Source of the DNA: a virus
Taxonomy: Duplodnaviria; Caudoviricetes
Virus record (IMG/VR): IMGVR_UViG_3300014205_000170
Coordinates: 128,001-192,000 of that record
Length of the DNA stretch: 64,000 bases
Direction: 5' to 3' (one strand)
The notes under the pieces were generated by a model. It was not told where the DNA came from and made no database searches. It saw only the letters and a list, made by a program, of their open reading frames with translations. This document shows, piece by piece, positions 20,143 to 30,165 of the stretch (position 1 is the stretch's first letter; each line of letters opens with the position of its first letter). Both the position numbers and the translations under genes were made by a program.

Positions 20143-20838
20143 TTAATCGCTAGTACTGTCAGTAATCATAGAATACATGATGGCAAATTGCTGTTCTGCC
20201 TCATCTAGAAGAGTGGCAAATTCTTTTGAGGTCAAATATTCTCTTTGGCGCATAATATCGTTACGATACAATCCTGTAAGAAAAGCACCTATTCCGGCTA
20301 ATACCTTTTTGTGAATCAAAAAGAAGTTAAGAACATGCATGTTGGATGCGGAAACCATTTTGTGAACACATGCGTATTCTTCTAATGAAAATATGCCATG
20401 TCCAATAAATGGGAACTTGAAAATAGTTGTTTTGTATTTACCAGCAAAACTTTGAGCCGTCATTATGTTCTCACAAAACTGATTAAAATCTAAAATTTCT
20501 GTATTAACAAATTCAATCTCCTTACAAGAATCAAAGATAATTTCAGTTTCCTGGTCCTCTGCTACTTCAATGTCTACTAAATAAGAATCGTAAACATATG
20601 CAGTTAGACTCTCTGAAATTTTGACTTTTTCTTTTTCAGAAGAAAAAACTAACCCTCCTGAATCTAAAATGTATTGTTCTATATTGGGATTTTCAAGGAT
20701 GGCTTTTTCAAGACCTAGTTTACAAATTCTTTTTGCAACTATATCACCTTCGGCTTTAGTACTTATTTTAAAAATATCAGCTACATCAACATCTAATTCT
20801 AGTCCTTTTCTTATGTTGAGTGTATCTAAACTAACCAT
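20143..20838 (-). CDS. hypothetical protein
   Basis: 231 aa ORF. Confidence 0.6.
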   Translation of the reverse strand: MVSLDTLNIRKGLELDVDVADIFKISTKAEGDIVAKRICKLGLEKAILENPNIEQYILDSGGLVFSSEKEKVKISESLTAYVYDSYLVDIEVAEDQETEIIFDSCKEIEFVNTEILDFNQFCENIMTAQSFAGKYKTTIFKFPFIGHGIFSLEEYACVHKMVSASNMHVLNFFLIHKKVLAGIGAFLTGLYRNDIMRQREYLTSKEFATLLDEAEQQFAIMYSMITDSTSD

Positions 20839-20842
20839 ATTA

Positions 20843-21445
20843 TTATGTAGAATAAAGCATTGGCCTTAACCGGTTATATTCAATTTTTTTAGTAAGGTGC
20901 TTTTCTATATCTATGTCGAAAAATTCAATAAGCGCTCCTAAGTGAAATAAAATATGCGAAAAACCATAGTCTTGGTCCTTATCAGAAGAAAACATACACA
21001 ATGCTAATGATTCATTTAACCAATGTGATACATTTTCTTTAAAATCATGATTTGGATTTACGTTCCGGAAAAAATAATTTAGTTCAGTTTCAGATAAATT
21101 GTCAAGCCATGGATGAACTGAAACTATATTGATATTTTTACCACCAAACAAATCAGTAATTCTTAAAATTACATTCGCAATTTCATCTTCAAATGTATCT
21201 TTAATATATTCTTTGTAAATTTTACGCGTACCTTCATTTTGATTATCATTAGAATTTTCTAATTGACCTATCATTGCATCAAATTTGGACCAATTAGCTC
21301 TTCGACCTTTTTTGTAAGCCTTTGCAATATCACCAATATTAGAAAAAATGTATAACATTTCTTCTTTTAAATCTTTTTCTTTTTCCCAAAATCCATGGTC
21401 TTTGCCAAGTGTATGAGATGCTTCTATAAGAATGTGGATATTCAT
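20843..21445 (-). CDS. MazG-like all-alpha NTP pyrophosphohydrolase
   Basis: HGFWE, KDTFEDEIANVILRITD, IDIEKH...K..YN..RP. Confidence 0.65.
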   Translation of the reverse strand: MNIHILIEASHTLGKDHGFWEKEKDLKEEMLYIFSNIGDIAKAYKKGRRANWSKFDAMIGQLENSNDNQNEGTRKIYKEYIKDTFEDEIANVILRITDLFGGKNINIVSVHPWLDNLSETELNYFFRNVNPNHDFKENVSHWLNESLALCMFSSDKDQDYGFSHILFHLGALIEFFDIDIEKHLTKKIEYNRLRPMLYST

Positions 21446-21448
21446 TTT

Positions 21449-22282
21449 TTAATAAGCGATTGGTTGTGATTTATGAACTGTTGGGTGGTTAGAAAAATTA
21501 GATTTTTTTAATTCTATTAAATCAATGTAAGTGTCAGAATTTGCAACTTTTCCTCCTTGATATATGGTTCTATATTTTCTATTTTGAAGAAACATAGGAA
21601 CTTCTGCATTTAAGGTAATGAATTTTTTGTTATATGGATAAGACCTACCTTCTGGTAATTCACCTTCCATTGAACCTGTGTGTTCGTAAATGAAGGTGTG
21701 GTCAGATTCTACTGCCGAATCTATTTTTGGAGCTTTGCCATCATGTCCATCCATTGTTGGAAAATAAAGGAACTCTGTAAAAAATGGCTTATATTCAAAA
21801 GCGATTGGTTGTGCATCAATAGTTTTTTCAGAATCAAAAGTACAAATAGCAAATGACCACCCAGCATATTTGTTTTGGAAAAAGTTTTGTAATTCTTCAG
21901 AGACTACTGGTCTTTTGTTTTCAGGCAATTCATTAATAAATTGCTTAATACCATCAAAATCATTTGATAAACCAACACTATACATTCCAAGCTCAAATTT
22001 CTCTAATGTTGAAATACCTTTTGCGCTTCTTGAAATCAGACCTAAATAATTTTTCATAAAATCACTATTATCAGTAATTTCATCTAAAAATTCTTTATAA
22101 GATTCTGTATTGTGGAACCATTCAGGTTTAGTTTCTCCTGGAATTGGTAAAATCATAGCATTTGGCTTCCCTGATAAATTTACCACTGTATTGCTATAAG
22201 CTATAAAGTGATTTCCGCTTTCAAGTGTTAAGGAAAGAATTTTTGTTTTAGAAAGTTTCGCATGATTTACTGTAATACACAT
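21449..22282 (-). CDS. conserved hypothetical protein
   Basis: NAMILPIP, LYFPTMDGHDG motifs. Confidence 0.6.
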   Translation of the reverse strand: MCITVNHAKLSKTKILSLTLESGNHFIAYSNTVVNLSGKPNAMILPIPGETKPEWFHNTESYKEFLDEITDNSDFMKNYLGLISRSAKGISTLEKFELGMYSVGLSNDFDGIKQFINELPENKRPVVSEELQNFFQNKYAGWSFAICTFDSEKTIDAQPIAFEYKPFFTEFLYFPTMDGHDGKAPKIDSAVESDHTFIYEHTGSMEGELPEGRSYPYNKKFITLNAEVPMFLQNRKYRTIYQGGKVANSDTYIDLIELKKSNFSNHPTVHKSQPIAY

Positions 22283-22291
22283 ATAATTTTT

Positions 22292-22903
22292 TTATTTTAA
22301 ATTTATTTGTTCTTTAACTAAGGAATCAAACATACTCACACCCGTATTTGTAGAAATTCCCCACTTATGTTTGCCATCTCTTGGAAAGAAATAAAATCCA
22401 CGAACAGTCTTTTGTTCAATTGGGAAATTTTTACTAAGTCTTACTTTGATAGTATTACCAACTTTAACTACTGGATGTTTATCTAATGTTTTTTCTAAAT
22501 CAGTATAAACTTTTTTAATCCATTCTTCTCCTTTTTTCAAAGTAACATTAAGGCTTTTCTCAAATTGTTCTATAACAACTTTCTTTTTTGAAAAATCCAT
22601 TTTGTTATCCCATTCTTCTTGCATTACAAGGCTAATCTCTAAAAAATCTTTAAAGTTTATTTTTTTAGGAATTTCAATCAACGTTATAGATGTATTCAAA
22701 CTTTTTATATAAAGACCAACGTTAATTGCTTTTATACCGCAATCTTTGGGGTCTGCTTTTTTTAATTCAGACAATGTAAAATCATCGCCGATAATTGTTC
22801 CATAAGGAATAGAGGACTTTATAAGACCTTTATTTTTTAAAAGTTGGAGAATATAATTTAATTCTCTATTGGTTTTTATTGGTGTATGAAAATTTAATTG
22901 CAT
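22292..22903 (-). CDS. hypothetical protein
   Basis: ORF in operon. Confidence 0.55.
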   Translation of the reverse strand: MQLNFHTPIKTNRELNYILQLLKNKGLIKSSIPYGTIIGDDFTLSELKKADPKDCGIKAINVGLYIKSLNTSITLIEIPKKINFKDFLEISLVMQEEWDNKMDFSKKKVVIEQFEKSLNVTLKKGEEWIKKVYTDLEKTLDKHPVVKVGNTIKVRLSKNFPIEQKTVRGFYFFPRDGKHKWGISTNTGVSMFDSLVKEQINLK

Positions 22904-22910
22904 AGAACTT

Positions 22911-23138
22911 TTATTCTTCTTTTAAATGAATTTTATCTCTGCTCAACAAATCTACACACAACAAAATAATTCCATTCATTAGTTCAAGACCAAATTGCGT
23001 TTCATCTTCAATTTCTTTAACTAATTCATTTCCGGTATAAGAACGTTTTCCTTTTGTAAGTAATACTTTATCTTCACCTCTCTTTTTGTAGGTGGATATC
23101 ATTTTATTTTTTAATGCTTCAAAAGATTCTTGTTTCAT
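22911..23138 (-). CDS. hypothetical protein
   Basis: ORF in operon. Confidence 0.5.
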   Translation of the reverse strand: MKQESFEALKNKMISTYKKRGEDKVLLTKGKRSYTGNELVKEIEDETQFGLELMNGIILLCVDLLSRDKIHLKEE

Positions 23139-23143
23139 TTTTT

Positions 23144-23677
23144 TTATTTTATTTTTTTCTTCATATTACTTAAAAATCTAGCAGGACTTTCAATAACTTT
23201 AAAATGTTCATAGAATCTTTCTTCTGAAACTGCGTTTACATAACCCTTATCTCCTTTTTCAAAAATACGAAGAATTGCACATTCATTTGAAAAATCTACT
23301 TTAAAAAAATCAAAAACTTTTAAATCATCTAGTCCTTCATCGTATGGTAGTTTTTTAATATATTGATATAATTCAAAACCACCAAGATAAATTTTTAACT
23401 CTTTCAAATCAATTTTACACAATTCTTCTAAGGATACACCATCTCTTCTTTGTTTTATTGTTTTTTTACCTTCAAGAATATCCAACACATCCTCATAGAA
23501 ATCGACCGGAGAAGAGAGAACGCTTTCCCAATCTCTCAAGATTGCAGAAGAACCATTATCATCAAATTTCTTAAAAACGAATTTAGCTTGGTCTAACCTT
23601 CCTCTACAATACAGTATTGCTCCTTTTTTGCCATACCTCTTTAATAATGAATTTGCGGTATTTTTTGGGTTGGTCAT
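23144..23677 (-). CDS. hypothetical protein
   Basis: ORF in operon. Confidence 0.55.
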   Translation of the reverse strand: MTNPKNTANSLLKRYGKKGAILYCRGRLDQAKFVFKKFDDNGSSAILRDWESVLSSPVDFYEDVLDILEGKKTIKQRRDGVSLEELCKIDLKELKIYLGGFELYQYIKKLPYDEGLDDLKVFDFFKVDFSNECAILRIFEKGDKGYVNAVSEERFYEHFKVIESPARFLSNMKKKIK

Positions 23678-23681
23678 AATT

Positions 23682-24176
23682 TTACTTAAATGAGTCTTTA
23701 AATTTTTGATTAAAATTACTTAAATCTGATGAAAGTTCAAAATTATTGTTTTGAACGTCTGTTTTCTCTTCTTCAATATCTGGTGTGATTTTTAAACGTC
23801 TAAAAACGATTTGTTTTTTTTCTATAAACGAGAACACAAAAGACAATAGTATCGCAATTGACCCTAGCATAAAACATAATTTAGCTAAATCTAATGCAAT
23901 AATGGTACTATGAGATTCTTCTTCTAATGGTAAATCACTTATCATCCAAAAAGAATTCATTATAGACCAAATCCAAACAGCAACATAATTAAAACGTTCA
24001 CTATATCTAATGTTTTTTGTTGAAAAAATATTCATTACTGCTATTCCTAAAAAAGCAACAACAGTTAACATACAACATACTGCTATGCCATATTCTTTGG
24101 ATAACCAGCAAAAATCCATGATTAACCACGAAATGGTTCCTATAACTTCCGGAATTTGGAAAGATTTTTTATTCAT
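23682..24176 (-). CDS. 4-TM membrane protein
   Basis: Internal duplication WLIMDFCWL / WSIMNSFWM. Confidence 0.6.
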   Translation of the reverse strand: MNKKSFQIPEVIGTISWLIMDFCWLSKEYGIAVCCMLTVVAFLGIAVMNIFSTKNIRYSERFNYVAVWIWSIMNSFWMISDLPLEEESHSTIIALDLAKLCFMLGSIAILLSFVFSFIEKKQIVFRRLKITPDIEEEKTDVQNNNFELSSDLSNFNQKFKDSFK

Positions 24177-24409
24177 TGTTCTTCCTTAATTTTATCTTTT
24201 AATGTTTTTTCGTACAATTTTATAGAATAATATCCAGAAATAGTAGAACCAACAAACATTATTGTTCCCCAAAACCACAAATCAAAAGTATCATGAGTTT
24301 GCTCATAATATCTTTTGATACCAACTGTTTCAAAAAGTAATGTTACAATAAGAACATACCAACAAAAATATTTTAAATTTTTTAAAAAATCGTTAATATA
24401 TTTTTTCAT
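24173..24409 (-). CDS. small membrane protein
   Basis: 2 TM. Confidence 0.5.
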   Translation of the reverse strand: MKKYINDFLKNLKYFCWYVLIVTLLFETVGIKRYYEQTHDTFDLWFWGTIMFVGSTISGYYSIKLYEKTLKDKIKEEQ

Positions 24410-24588
24410 TTACACTTATTTACTTCTTTTAAAGAATCAATTTTCCATTGATAATGTAATTGCTCAGTATGTTCCTTTTCAATTTGAACTTTAGCATTTT
24501 GAATAACTGTTTCTTTTGTAACATCAATTGGTGTTGTACAACTCACTATAAATAATGCCACTGTTAATATTAATAATTGTTTTTTCAT
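24406..24588 (-). CDS. small lipoprotein
   Basis: MKK-hydrophobic-IVSC lipobox. Confidence 0.55.
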   Translation of the reverse strand: MKKQLLILTVALFIVSCTTPIDVTKETVIQNAKVQIEKEHTEQLHYQWKIDSLKEVNKCK

Positions 24589-24598
24589 GTTATTGTTT

Positions 24599-25849
24599 TT
24601 AAGGTGTTAACCGGTCAATATCTCTTGGAAATAAAGTTGCAGCTTTAACACTATCTAAACCACAGATTTTTGCAGTTAATCTTTCAAGTCCAATGGCAAA
24701 ACCACCATGAAGAGGCATTCCATATTTAAACGCTTCCAAATACCCTTCAAATGCTTCGATATTCATTTTAGACGCAGATAAAGTTTCAATATAATCTTCA
24801 TATTTTTCTTTTCTTTGACCTCCAGAAGTAATTTCTATGCCTTTGTAAATTAAATCAAAACTTTCCGTCGTAATTCCATCAGGAGATAATTTTGTATAAA
24901 AAGGTCTTACATCTCTGTGATAATGGGTGGCAAAAACATAATGAGTGTCATGTTTTTCAAACGCATATTTAGCAATTTCTCTTTCTTCTTCTGATGACAT
25001 ATCCAATCCGGACGTACCTAAAATTTCTTTTATCTCACTTACTTTTAAAGTAAAAGCTTCAAAAGGGTTTTCTATAAAAGGAACTGCATTTAAAAAAATA
25101 CCTAAAAATTCTAGTTCTTTTTTTGCATGCGATTTTAAATTGTCAGTAATAGTAAACAAGATTCTTTTCTCTAGTTGAATTAATTCTGTAAAATTTTGAA
25201 ACAGAATAGTTTCAACATCAAGAGATAAATATTCATTTAAATGTCTTGATGAAGCATGTTTTTCAGCTCTAAATACAGGAGCTGTTTCATACACTTTACC
25301 AAAAACTCCACACATTATTTGTTTGTATAATTGTGGCGATTGTGCCAAGTAAGCTTCTTTATTAAAATAATCTAACTTAAATACATTTGTTCCACCTTCT
25401 GCTCCATTAGCCACAATTTTAGGAGTAGATATAGAAATATATCCTTCTTCACTTAAAAAATTTCTAAATGAATTTTGAATAATAGATTGAATTTTAAAAA
25501 TACATTTATTTTTTTCATTTCTAAGAGTTAATGCTCTGTGGTCAAAAATTAGATGTGTATCAGCATTAATATCTTTTTCGTAAATATTAATATTTGGAAC
25601 CGCAGAAGGTTGAGAAAGAATTTCAAAAGAAATTACATTAATTTCCACATCAGAAATAACCAATTCTTTTTTTATCTGTGAAGGAACTTCTTCTCCAACA
25701 ATTTTAACATAAGATTCAGATTTAATAGATTTAATGTTTATGTTTTTAAGCACACATTGATATTGCCCTTTAAAAGTTTCTAAAATAAGAAAACCTCCCC
25801 ATTTAAATTCTTTTTTTTCTCGAACAATTCCGTAGAAATTCTTTTCCAT
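24599..25849 (-). CDS. aspS: aspartyl-tRNA synthetase, short archaeal/non-discriminating type
   Basis: EGGTNVF, YLAQSPQLYKQ, FRAE, RHLNE, EITSGGQR, HGGFAIGLERL, LFPRD; no GAD insertion. Confidence 0.9.
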   Translation of the reverse strand: MEKNFYGIVREKKEFKWGGFLILETFKGQYQCVLKNINIKSIKSESYVKIVGEEVPSQIKKELVISDVEINVISFEILSQPSAVPNINIYEKDINADTHLIFDHRALTLRNEKNKCIFKIQSIIQNSFRNFLSEEGYISISTPKIVANGAEGGTNVFKLDYFNKEAYLAQSPQLYKQIMCGVFGKVYETAPVFRAEKHASSRHLNEYLSLDVETILFQNFTELIQLEKRILFTITDNLKSHAKKELEFLGIFLNAVPFIENPFEAFTLKVSEIKEILGTSGLDMSSEEEREIAKYAFEKHDTHYVFATHYHRDVRPFYTKLSPDGITTESFDLIYKGIEITSGGQRKEKYEDYIETLSASKMNIEAFEGYLEAFKYGMPLHGGFAIGLERLTAKICGLDSVKAATLFPRDIDRLTP

Positions 25850-26214
25850 TAAGATTGCTTTTTTATTTTATTTAATTCATTACATTTGGCTTCTGCTTGA
25901 GTTGCAGTGTCAAAATATTCCAAAGCTATCGCGATTGTACCGGTGTCTGTTTTATTTCCAATAATCCAACTTTGTGAACCAACATCATAACCATAATCAG
26001 TTTGCAAAGCTAATGTTACTTGTTTTGTTGGTATATTACCCCACTCTCCATTGGCGTAATGAATAAGAAGTGTGCCAAAAGACATTCCGCGCCCAACACT
26101 TTGAATTCTTTGCCATGAACCATCTTCAAGTTGTACAGTATGAAAAGAAGTTAGTTTGCTAACGAGAATTTCAATCGTTCTATCTTTTTTTTGTGTTTGT
26201 ATCATAATTTCCAA
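25849..26214 (-). CDS. hypothetical protein
   Basis: ORF. Confidence 0.5.
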   Translation of the reverse strand: MEIMIQTQKKDRTIEILVSKLTSFHTVQLEDGSWQRIQSVGRGMSFGTLLIHYANGEWGNIPTKQVTLALQTDYGYDVGSQSWIIGNKTDTGTIAIALEYFDTATQAEAKCNELNKIKKQS

Positions 26215-26582
26215 CTTGCTTTGATAGCTTCCTCTTTTGAAGAACCTATAATTTTATATAAATCATTTGGATGCATTCCAGGTTCCCATTCTTTCCCTTT
26301 TGTAATATGAAATTTCTCTGCTTTCATATGACAACTATCATCTTCGAAATGACTTTGTAATTCAACGCGATTAGGCTGATGATATTTACAAAGTGATATA
26401 CCGTTTTCTTTAACATAACCGCCATTTGGCATATCACTACGGTCAGTAATGTGATGAGCATCTAAATATTTTTCTGCTTCATCTTTAGTATAATGAAATC
26501 CACATTGCTTGCATGTGCATTTGTCGCGTTTAAAAACATCTTCTTTGAATTTTTTCCTTATTTCCTTTTTGTTAGAAGACAT
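26202..26582 (-). CDS. HNH endonuclease-like protein
   Basis: VFKRD..C..C, DAHHI, NGISLC, CH. Confidence 0.75.
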   Translation of the reverse strand: MSSNKKEIRKKFKEDVFKRDKCTCKQCGFHYTKDEAEKYLDAHHITDRSDMPNGGYVKENGISLCKYHQPNRVELQSHFEDDSCHMKAEKFHITKGKEWEPGMHPNDLYKIIGSSKEEAIKASWKL

Positions 26583-26585
26583 AAT

Positions 26586-26846
26586 TTACTTTACAAATTC
26601 CCATTTAATTGTATCAAGCCCAGAAAAGCCATTAAGGGTTGGTAAAATATTCATTGTCCACCAAGCCGTAAAACAAGCTATGTCTTGTGCGATAACATTA
26701 AATGGAATTTCAACCATATCTTTTCCGCGCAGAATAGGGGTTACTTTTACTCCTTGAGATAAATCAATGCAACTTTCAAAATTAAAATAATTGCACATGT
26801 GTGTCAATTTTTTTTTACGTTCTTCTGTTGTGATATAAGCAGCCAT
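26586..26846 (-). CDS. hypothetical protein
   Basis: ORF. Confidence 0.5.
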   Translation of the reverse strand: MAAYITTEERKKKLTHMCNYFNFESCIDLSQGVKVTPILRGKDMVEIPFNVIAQDIACFTAWWTMNILPTLNGFSGLDTIKWEFVK

Positions 26847-26858
26847 TTATTTCTTGAG

Positions 26859-27770
26859 TTAAATTCCAAATTCATTAGATAAATCCATCATAGTTTTGTA
26901 AAGTTCATTACAAAGTTCTTGAGGGTCTTCTATCTTTTTGATTTTTTTCACCTTCTCATTGTAGATGTCGATGAATTTTTGATTATTTTTAGTTTTTCTT
27001 GCTGTAACGTAAGTATGTATGAACTTTGCAAAGTTTTCTTTGAAGTCCATGGTGTTGTTTAAAGCATCCCATTCTTCCGGAGTATACAAAACTATACCAG
27101 CATCTTCAAAAGTATAATAAAGAGAACCCATTGGTCCTTTACGATTCTTTTTACCCCAAGACATTGTTCTGGTGTTCAATTTTTTATCATACACCATATC
27201 AATATGAGCATCCATCATTTGAATAATGGTATTTCTTCCGGCAAATTCACCTTCTTTAGTGTTATGGCCAATCAAAAATAATACAGCTTCATTATCGGCA
27301 ACCCATTTTCTTAAGGTTTTCACAATATAATTACAAGCATCTTCTTCTGAAATATCAGAAAAATCATACATTGCAATTGCTTGAACAGAATCCACAATCA
27401 CCACTTTAGGTTTTAAAACATCAAGTTCAGCTAAAAAATCAGAAAAATGAGGGTGAGATTGCTCATCGCAAATATGAGCATTTGTATGTTTAATATTTTC
27501 TATCACGTTTGAAGTTTGTTCACAAATGTCTTGTGATTCAACTTCTCTTTCATATAAACAAGTTGGAACCTCTGATAACCAATTCATTAAATTAATCATC
27601 AAAGTGGTTTTTCCGGCACCAGATGTGCCTGAAAGATAAATTGCAGAACGTAATACCATTCCACCTTTTCTTGAAAACCAAGTATCAAATTTCGCATTGC
27701 CCGTTTTTAAAGTTGGCACATCAAGGACTTTAACGTCTTGAAGTTTCTTACTTTTTGTCATTGTTTCCAT
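26859..27770 (-). CDS. RadA/Sms-like RecA-fold ATPase (no Zn finger or Lon domain)
   Basis: TG...FD....GG, GTSGAGKTT, VIVDSVQ, IGH.TKEG.FAG, KNR.G. Confidence 0.8.
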   Translation of the reverse strand: METMTKSKKLQDVKVLDVPTLKTGNAKFDTWFSRKGGMVLRSAIYLSGTSGAGKTTLMINLMNWLSEVPTCLYEREVESQDICEQTSNVIENIKHTNAHICDEQSHPHFSDFLAELDVLKPKVVIVDSVQAIAMYDFSDISEEDACNYIVKTLRKWVADNEAVLFLIGHNTKEGEFAGRNTIIQMMDAHIDMVYDKKLNTRTMSWGKKNRKGPMGSLYYTFEDAGIVLYTPEEWDALNNTMDFKENFAKFIHTYVTARKTKNNQKFIDIYNEKVKKIKKIEDPQELCNELYKTMMDLSNEFGI

Positions 27771-27789
27771 TTGTTTGCTCTTTTATAAT

Positions 27790-27818
27790 TTAAACGATTC
27801 TTTAAATAAAAGGTTACA
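27790..27818 (-). promoter_or_regulatory. alternative-sigma promoter TGTAAC-N16-CGTTTAA
   Basis: Exact motif heading the long minus-strand run that includes aspS. Confidence 0.8.
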
Positions 27819-27925
27819 AACGAATGTTAAATATTTAATAATGCCATTTCACTCACCACAGCCCATTGTTCCAGATTTGCCCAACTATTTATAGGTAACA
27901 ACAAGTAGCTAAAATTGTTAAAATC

Positions 27926-28711
27926 ATGGAAAATAATATGTTCAGCATTTTAATGGCAGTTTTGCCCGTTCTATTGTACTCTTTATTGGTGTATTATATA
28001 GTTCCACAAGGTTTCTTATCTCAAAGAAGAGCCAGATTATATGCCGTAGCAGGCATGTTATCTCCAACATTGGTATTTGTCTTTAATTACATATTTCCAC
28101 ACTGGTCTACGCCAATTGCTTCACCAGACACAATAAACATTATTGGATGTCAAACATTCATCCAAATAGCTCTAGTGGAAGAAGTAGCTAAATTTTTAAC
28201 ATTTTGGTGGGTTTTCAATCAAAGAAGAAGTGCTCTTTATGACCTTCCTATCGCTACGATTTTTTATTGCATGCTATCATCTGCGGGATTTGCTCTTATT
28301 GAAAACATATCGTATTTGATGAATTTTGGAGACCAAGTTTTATTTATTAGAGCCGTTTCAGCTATTGTTACACATATGATATGTGGTGTAATTATGGGTT
28401 ATTTTATACAAATGGCTTTCTCAACTAAAAGAACTTTAATAGAAAAGTTTTCTGTTACCGAAAAATTCAAAATACAACTACATACATTGAAATTCATTGG
28501 TTTGGGTATTTTAGCATCAACTATATTTCATGGAATATATGATTTCAATTTATTTTTACCTTTTAATATATATGCAGAGACATTTACTAATATTATACTA
28601 TTTTTTGGTTTATTTATTTGTATGTTTATGATTATCGATGGAATTAGATTAAGCAAGGATTTAAGAAGTAAAGATTATAAAAAAGATTTAGAAAGAAATT
28701 ATATAGAATAA
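27926..28711 (+). CDS. PrsW-family intramembrane metalloprotease
   Basis: VEEVAKF, GFALIEN, R......H, HGIYDF motifs in multi-TM protein. Confidence 0.85.
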   Translation: MENNMFSILMAVLPVLLYSLLVYYIVPQGFLSQRRARLYAVAGMLSPTLVFVFNYIFPHWSTPIASPDTINIIGCQTFIQIALVEEVAKFLTFWWVFNQRRSALYDLPIATIFYCMLSSAGFALIENISYLMNFGDQVLFIRAVSAIVTHMICGVIMGYFIQMAFSTKRTLIEKFSVTEKFKIQLHTLKFIGLGILASTIFHGIYDFNLFLPFNIYAETFTNIILFFGLFICMFMIIDGIRLSKDLRSKDYKKDLERNYIE

Positions 28712-28725
28712 GCACTTAATGTCCT

Positions 28726-28923
28726 ATGAGAACTATTGAAAGAAATTCAAAAAGAATTATAATAGAAGTCACTAAATCCGAAGTAACACAAAAGGGATTT
28801 GATTTATTGTGGGATGAAATACGCGAAATTTATCCGGATAATTTATATGATATTGATAGTGTAAGTAATGAAGATAACGAAAAAATTATCATTATCAAAT
28901 TAAAAATCAGAAAAAAACATTAA
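28726..28923 (+). CDS. hypothetical protein
   Basis: ORF. Confidence 0.5.
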   Translation: MRTIERNSKRIIIEVTKSEVTQKGFDLLWDEIREIYPDNLYDIDSVSNEDNEKIIIIKLKIRKKH

Positions 28924-29339
28924 GGCAATACATAGAATTTTTGTGAATTATCTTCTGTTCCAAGCTTAACAATATCAAACTGAACATCTGGAAAAACAAT
29001 AAAATTTTTTTGCTCATAAACATGTAATTTCACATTTGGAAAATATTTTTTTGCAAATGAAATTTGCTTATCAATCATCTTTGTCTTTTCACTTAAAATT
29101 ATTTTCGATTTTTTGTTTAAAAATGACATAAAGTCTATTAAACAACGTGGCGATACTACAACATCACCAATTTTATCTTTCAGTATATAAGAAACAAAAT
29201 CTTTATTTATATCAACAAAACCAAAATCAGTAGGATATAAAACAGTTAATACACCTTTTACCACACTATCAGAAAGGTGATAGTGTATACCACCATGATA
29301 CTCTGCTGTAATAAATTTTTCGCGATGTAAATTCATCAC
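28920..29339 (-). CDS. hypothetical protein
   Basis: ORF. Confidence 0.5.
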   Translation of the reverse strand: MMNLHREKFITAEYHGGIHYHLSDSVVKGVLTVLYPTDFGFVDINKDFVSYILKDKIGDVVVSPRCLIDFMSFLNKKSKIILSEKTKMIDKQISFAKKYFPNVKLHVYEQKNFIVFPDVQFDIVKLGTEDNSQKFYVLP

Positions 29340-30067
29340 ATTCTTTGAATATTAACTTCTTTAATACATTTTCCAGGCACTGTAACATAATCACAAAAAA
29401 TATCCTTTATTTCAAATGCCAACAATTTACCCCCAGGACCAGTAATTAAAAATCGAGTTCCGGAAGCCATATTATGAACCTCTTTAGGTAACTCAATATC
29501 TGTCTCTTCAAAATCAAGATTAATTTTCAATTCTATATGTTCATTATTAAAATTCTTTAAAGTTTCCAAACCGCTCTTATCTAATTTATCTTCTATGAGA
29601 GATGATTTTTCTTCAATAATTTTATCAAATTTTTGAACAAGGTCTTCAAAATATTTTTCTTTTTTCGAAATTAAATCTTCAATAGCTTGTAATTGTTTAT
29701 TTGCTATTTTTAATAATTCATCCTTTTGTATTTCAGATGTTTCTGCAAGAGAATTATTCGCAGTTTCAATTTCTTTTTTAATGTTATCTAACTGTCTTTC
29801 TTCTTCGGAAATTTCTTTTTTTGGATTTTTAATTATTCTGTCGTTATTAGAATAACTTTCAATTAACGTTCTTACGTAAGTGTCGCTTCCAGCTTTTGAG
29901 TCAAAATTTGGATGTGACCTAAAATTATATTTAAACAAAAATGTTTTTATCGCATCAAATTCTTGTCCATTATATTTTTCAACGATATTTGGAACTTCTA
30001 ATTTTTTTGTATGATTATATTTATCATACAAATCTTCTAGTAATGTTTGAAAATGTTCTTTATTCAT
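29336..30067 (-). CDS. coiled-coil hypothetical protein
   Basis: Central heptad-rich region; TATTTAT upstream. Confidence 0.6.
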   Translation of the reverse strand: MNKEHFQTLLEDLYDKYNHTKKLEVPNIVEKYNGQEFDAIKTFLFKYNFRSHPNFDSKAGSDTYVRTLIESYSNNDRIIKNPKKEISEEERQLDNIKKEIETANNSLAETSEIQKDELLKIANKQLQAIEDLISKKEKYFEDLVQKFDKIIEEKSSLIEDKLDKSGLETLKNFNNEHIELKINLDFEETDIELPKEVHNMASGTRFLITGPGGKLLAFEIKDIFCDYVTVPGKCIKEVNIQRM

Positions 30068-30090
30068 GGTTTCTATTTTTTAATAAATAC

Positions 30091-30112
30091 AAAAAGGGAA
30101 TAAATTCCCTTC
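30091..30112 (-). terminator. intrinsic terminator after ssb
   Basis: AAGGGAA-ttta-TTCCCTT followed by Ts on minus strand. Confidence 0.6.
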
Positions 30113-30165
30113 TTGTATTAGATACAAAATTCTTTGTATCTGTTTGCCTCCCACCAGTAATATTT

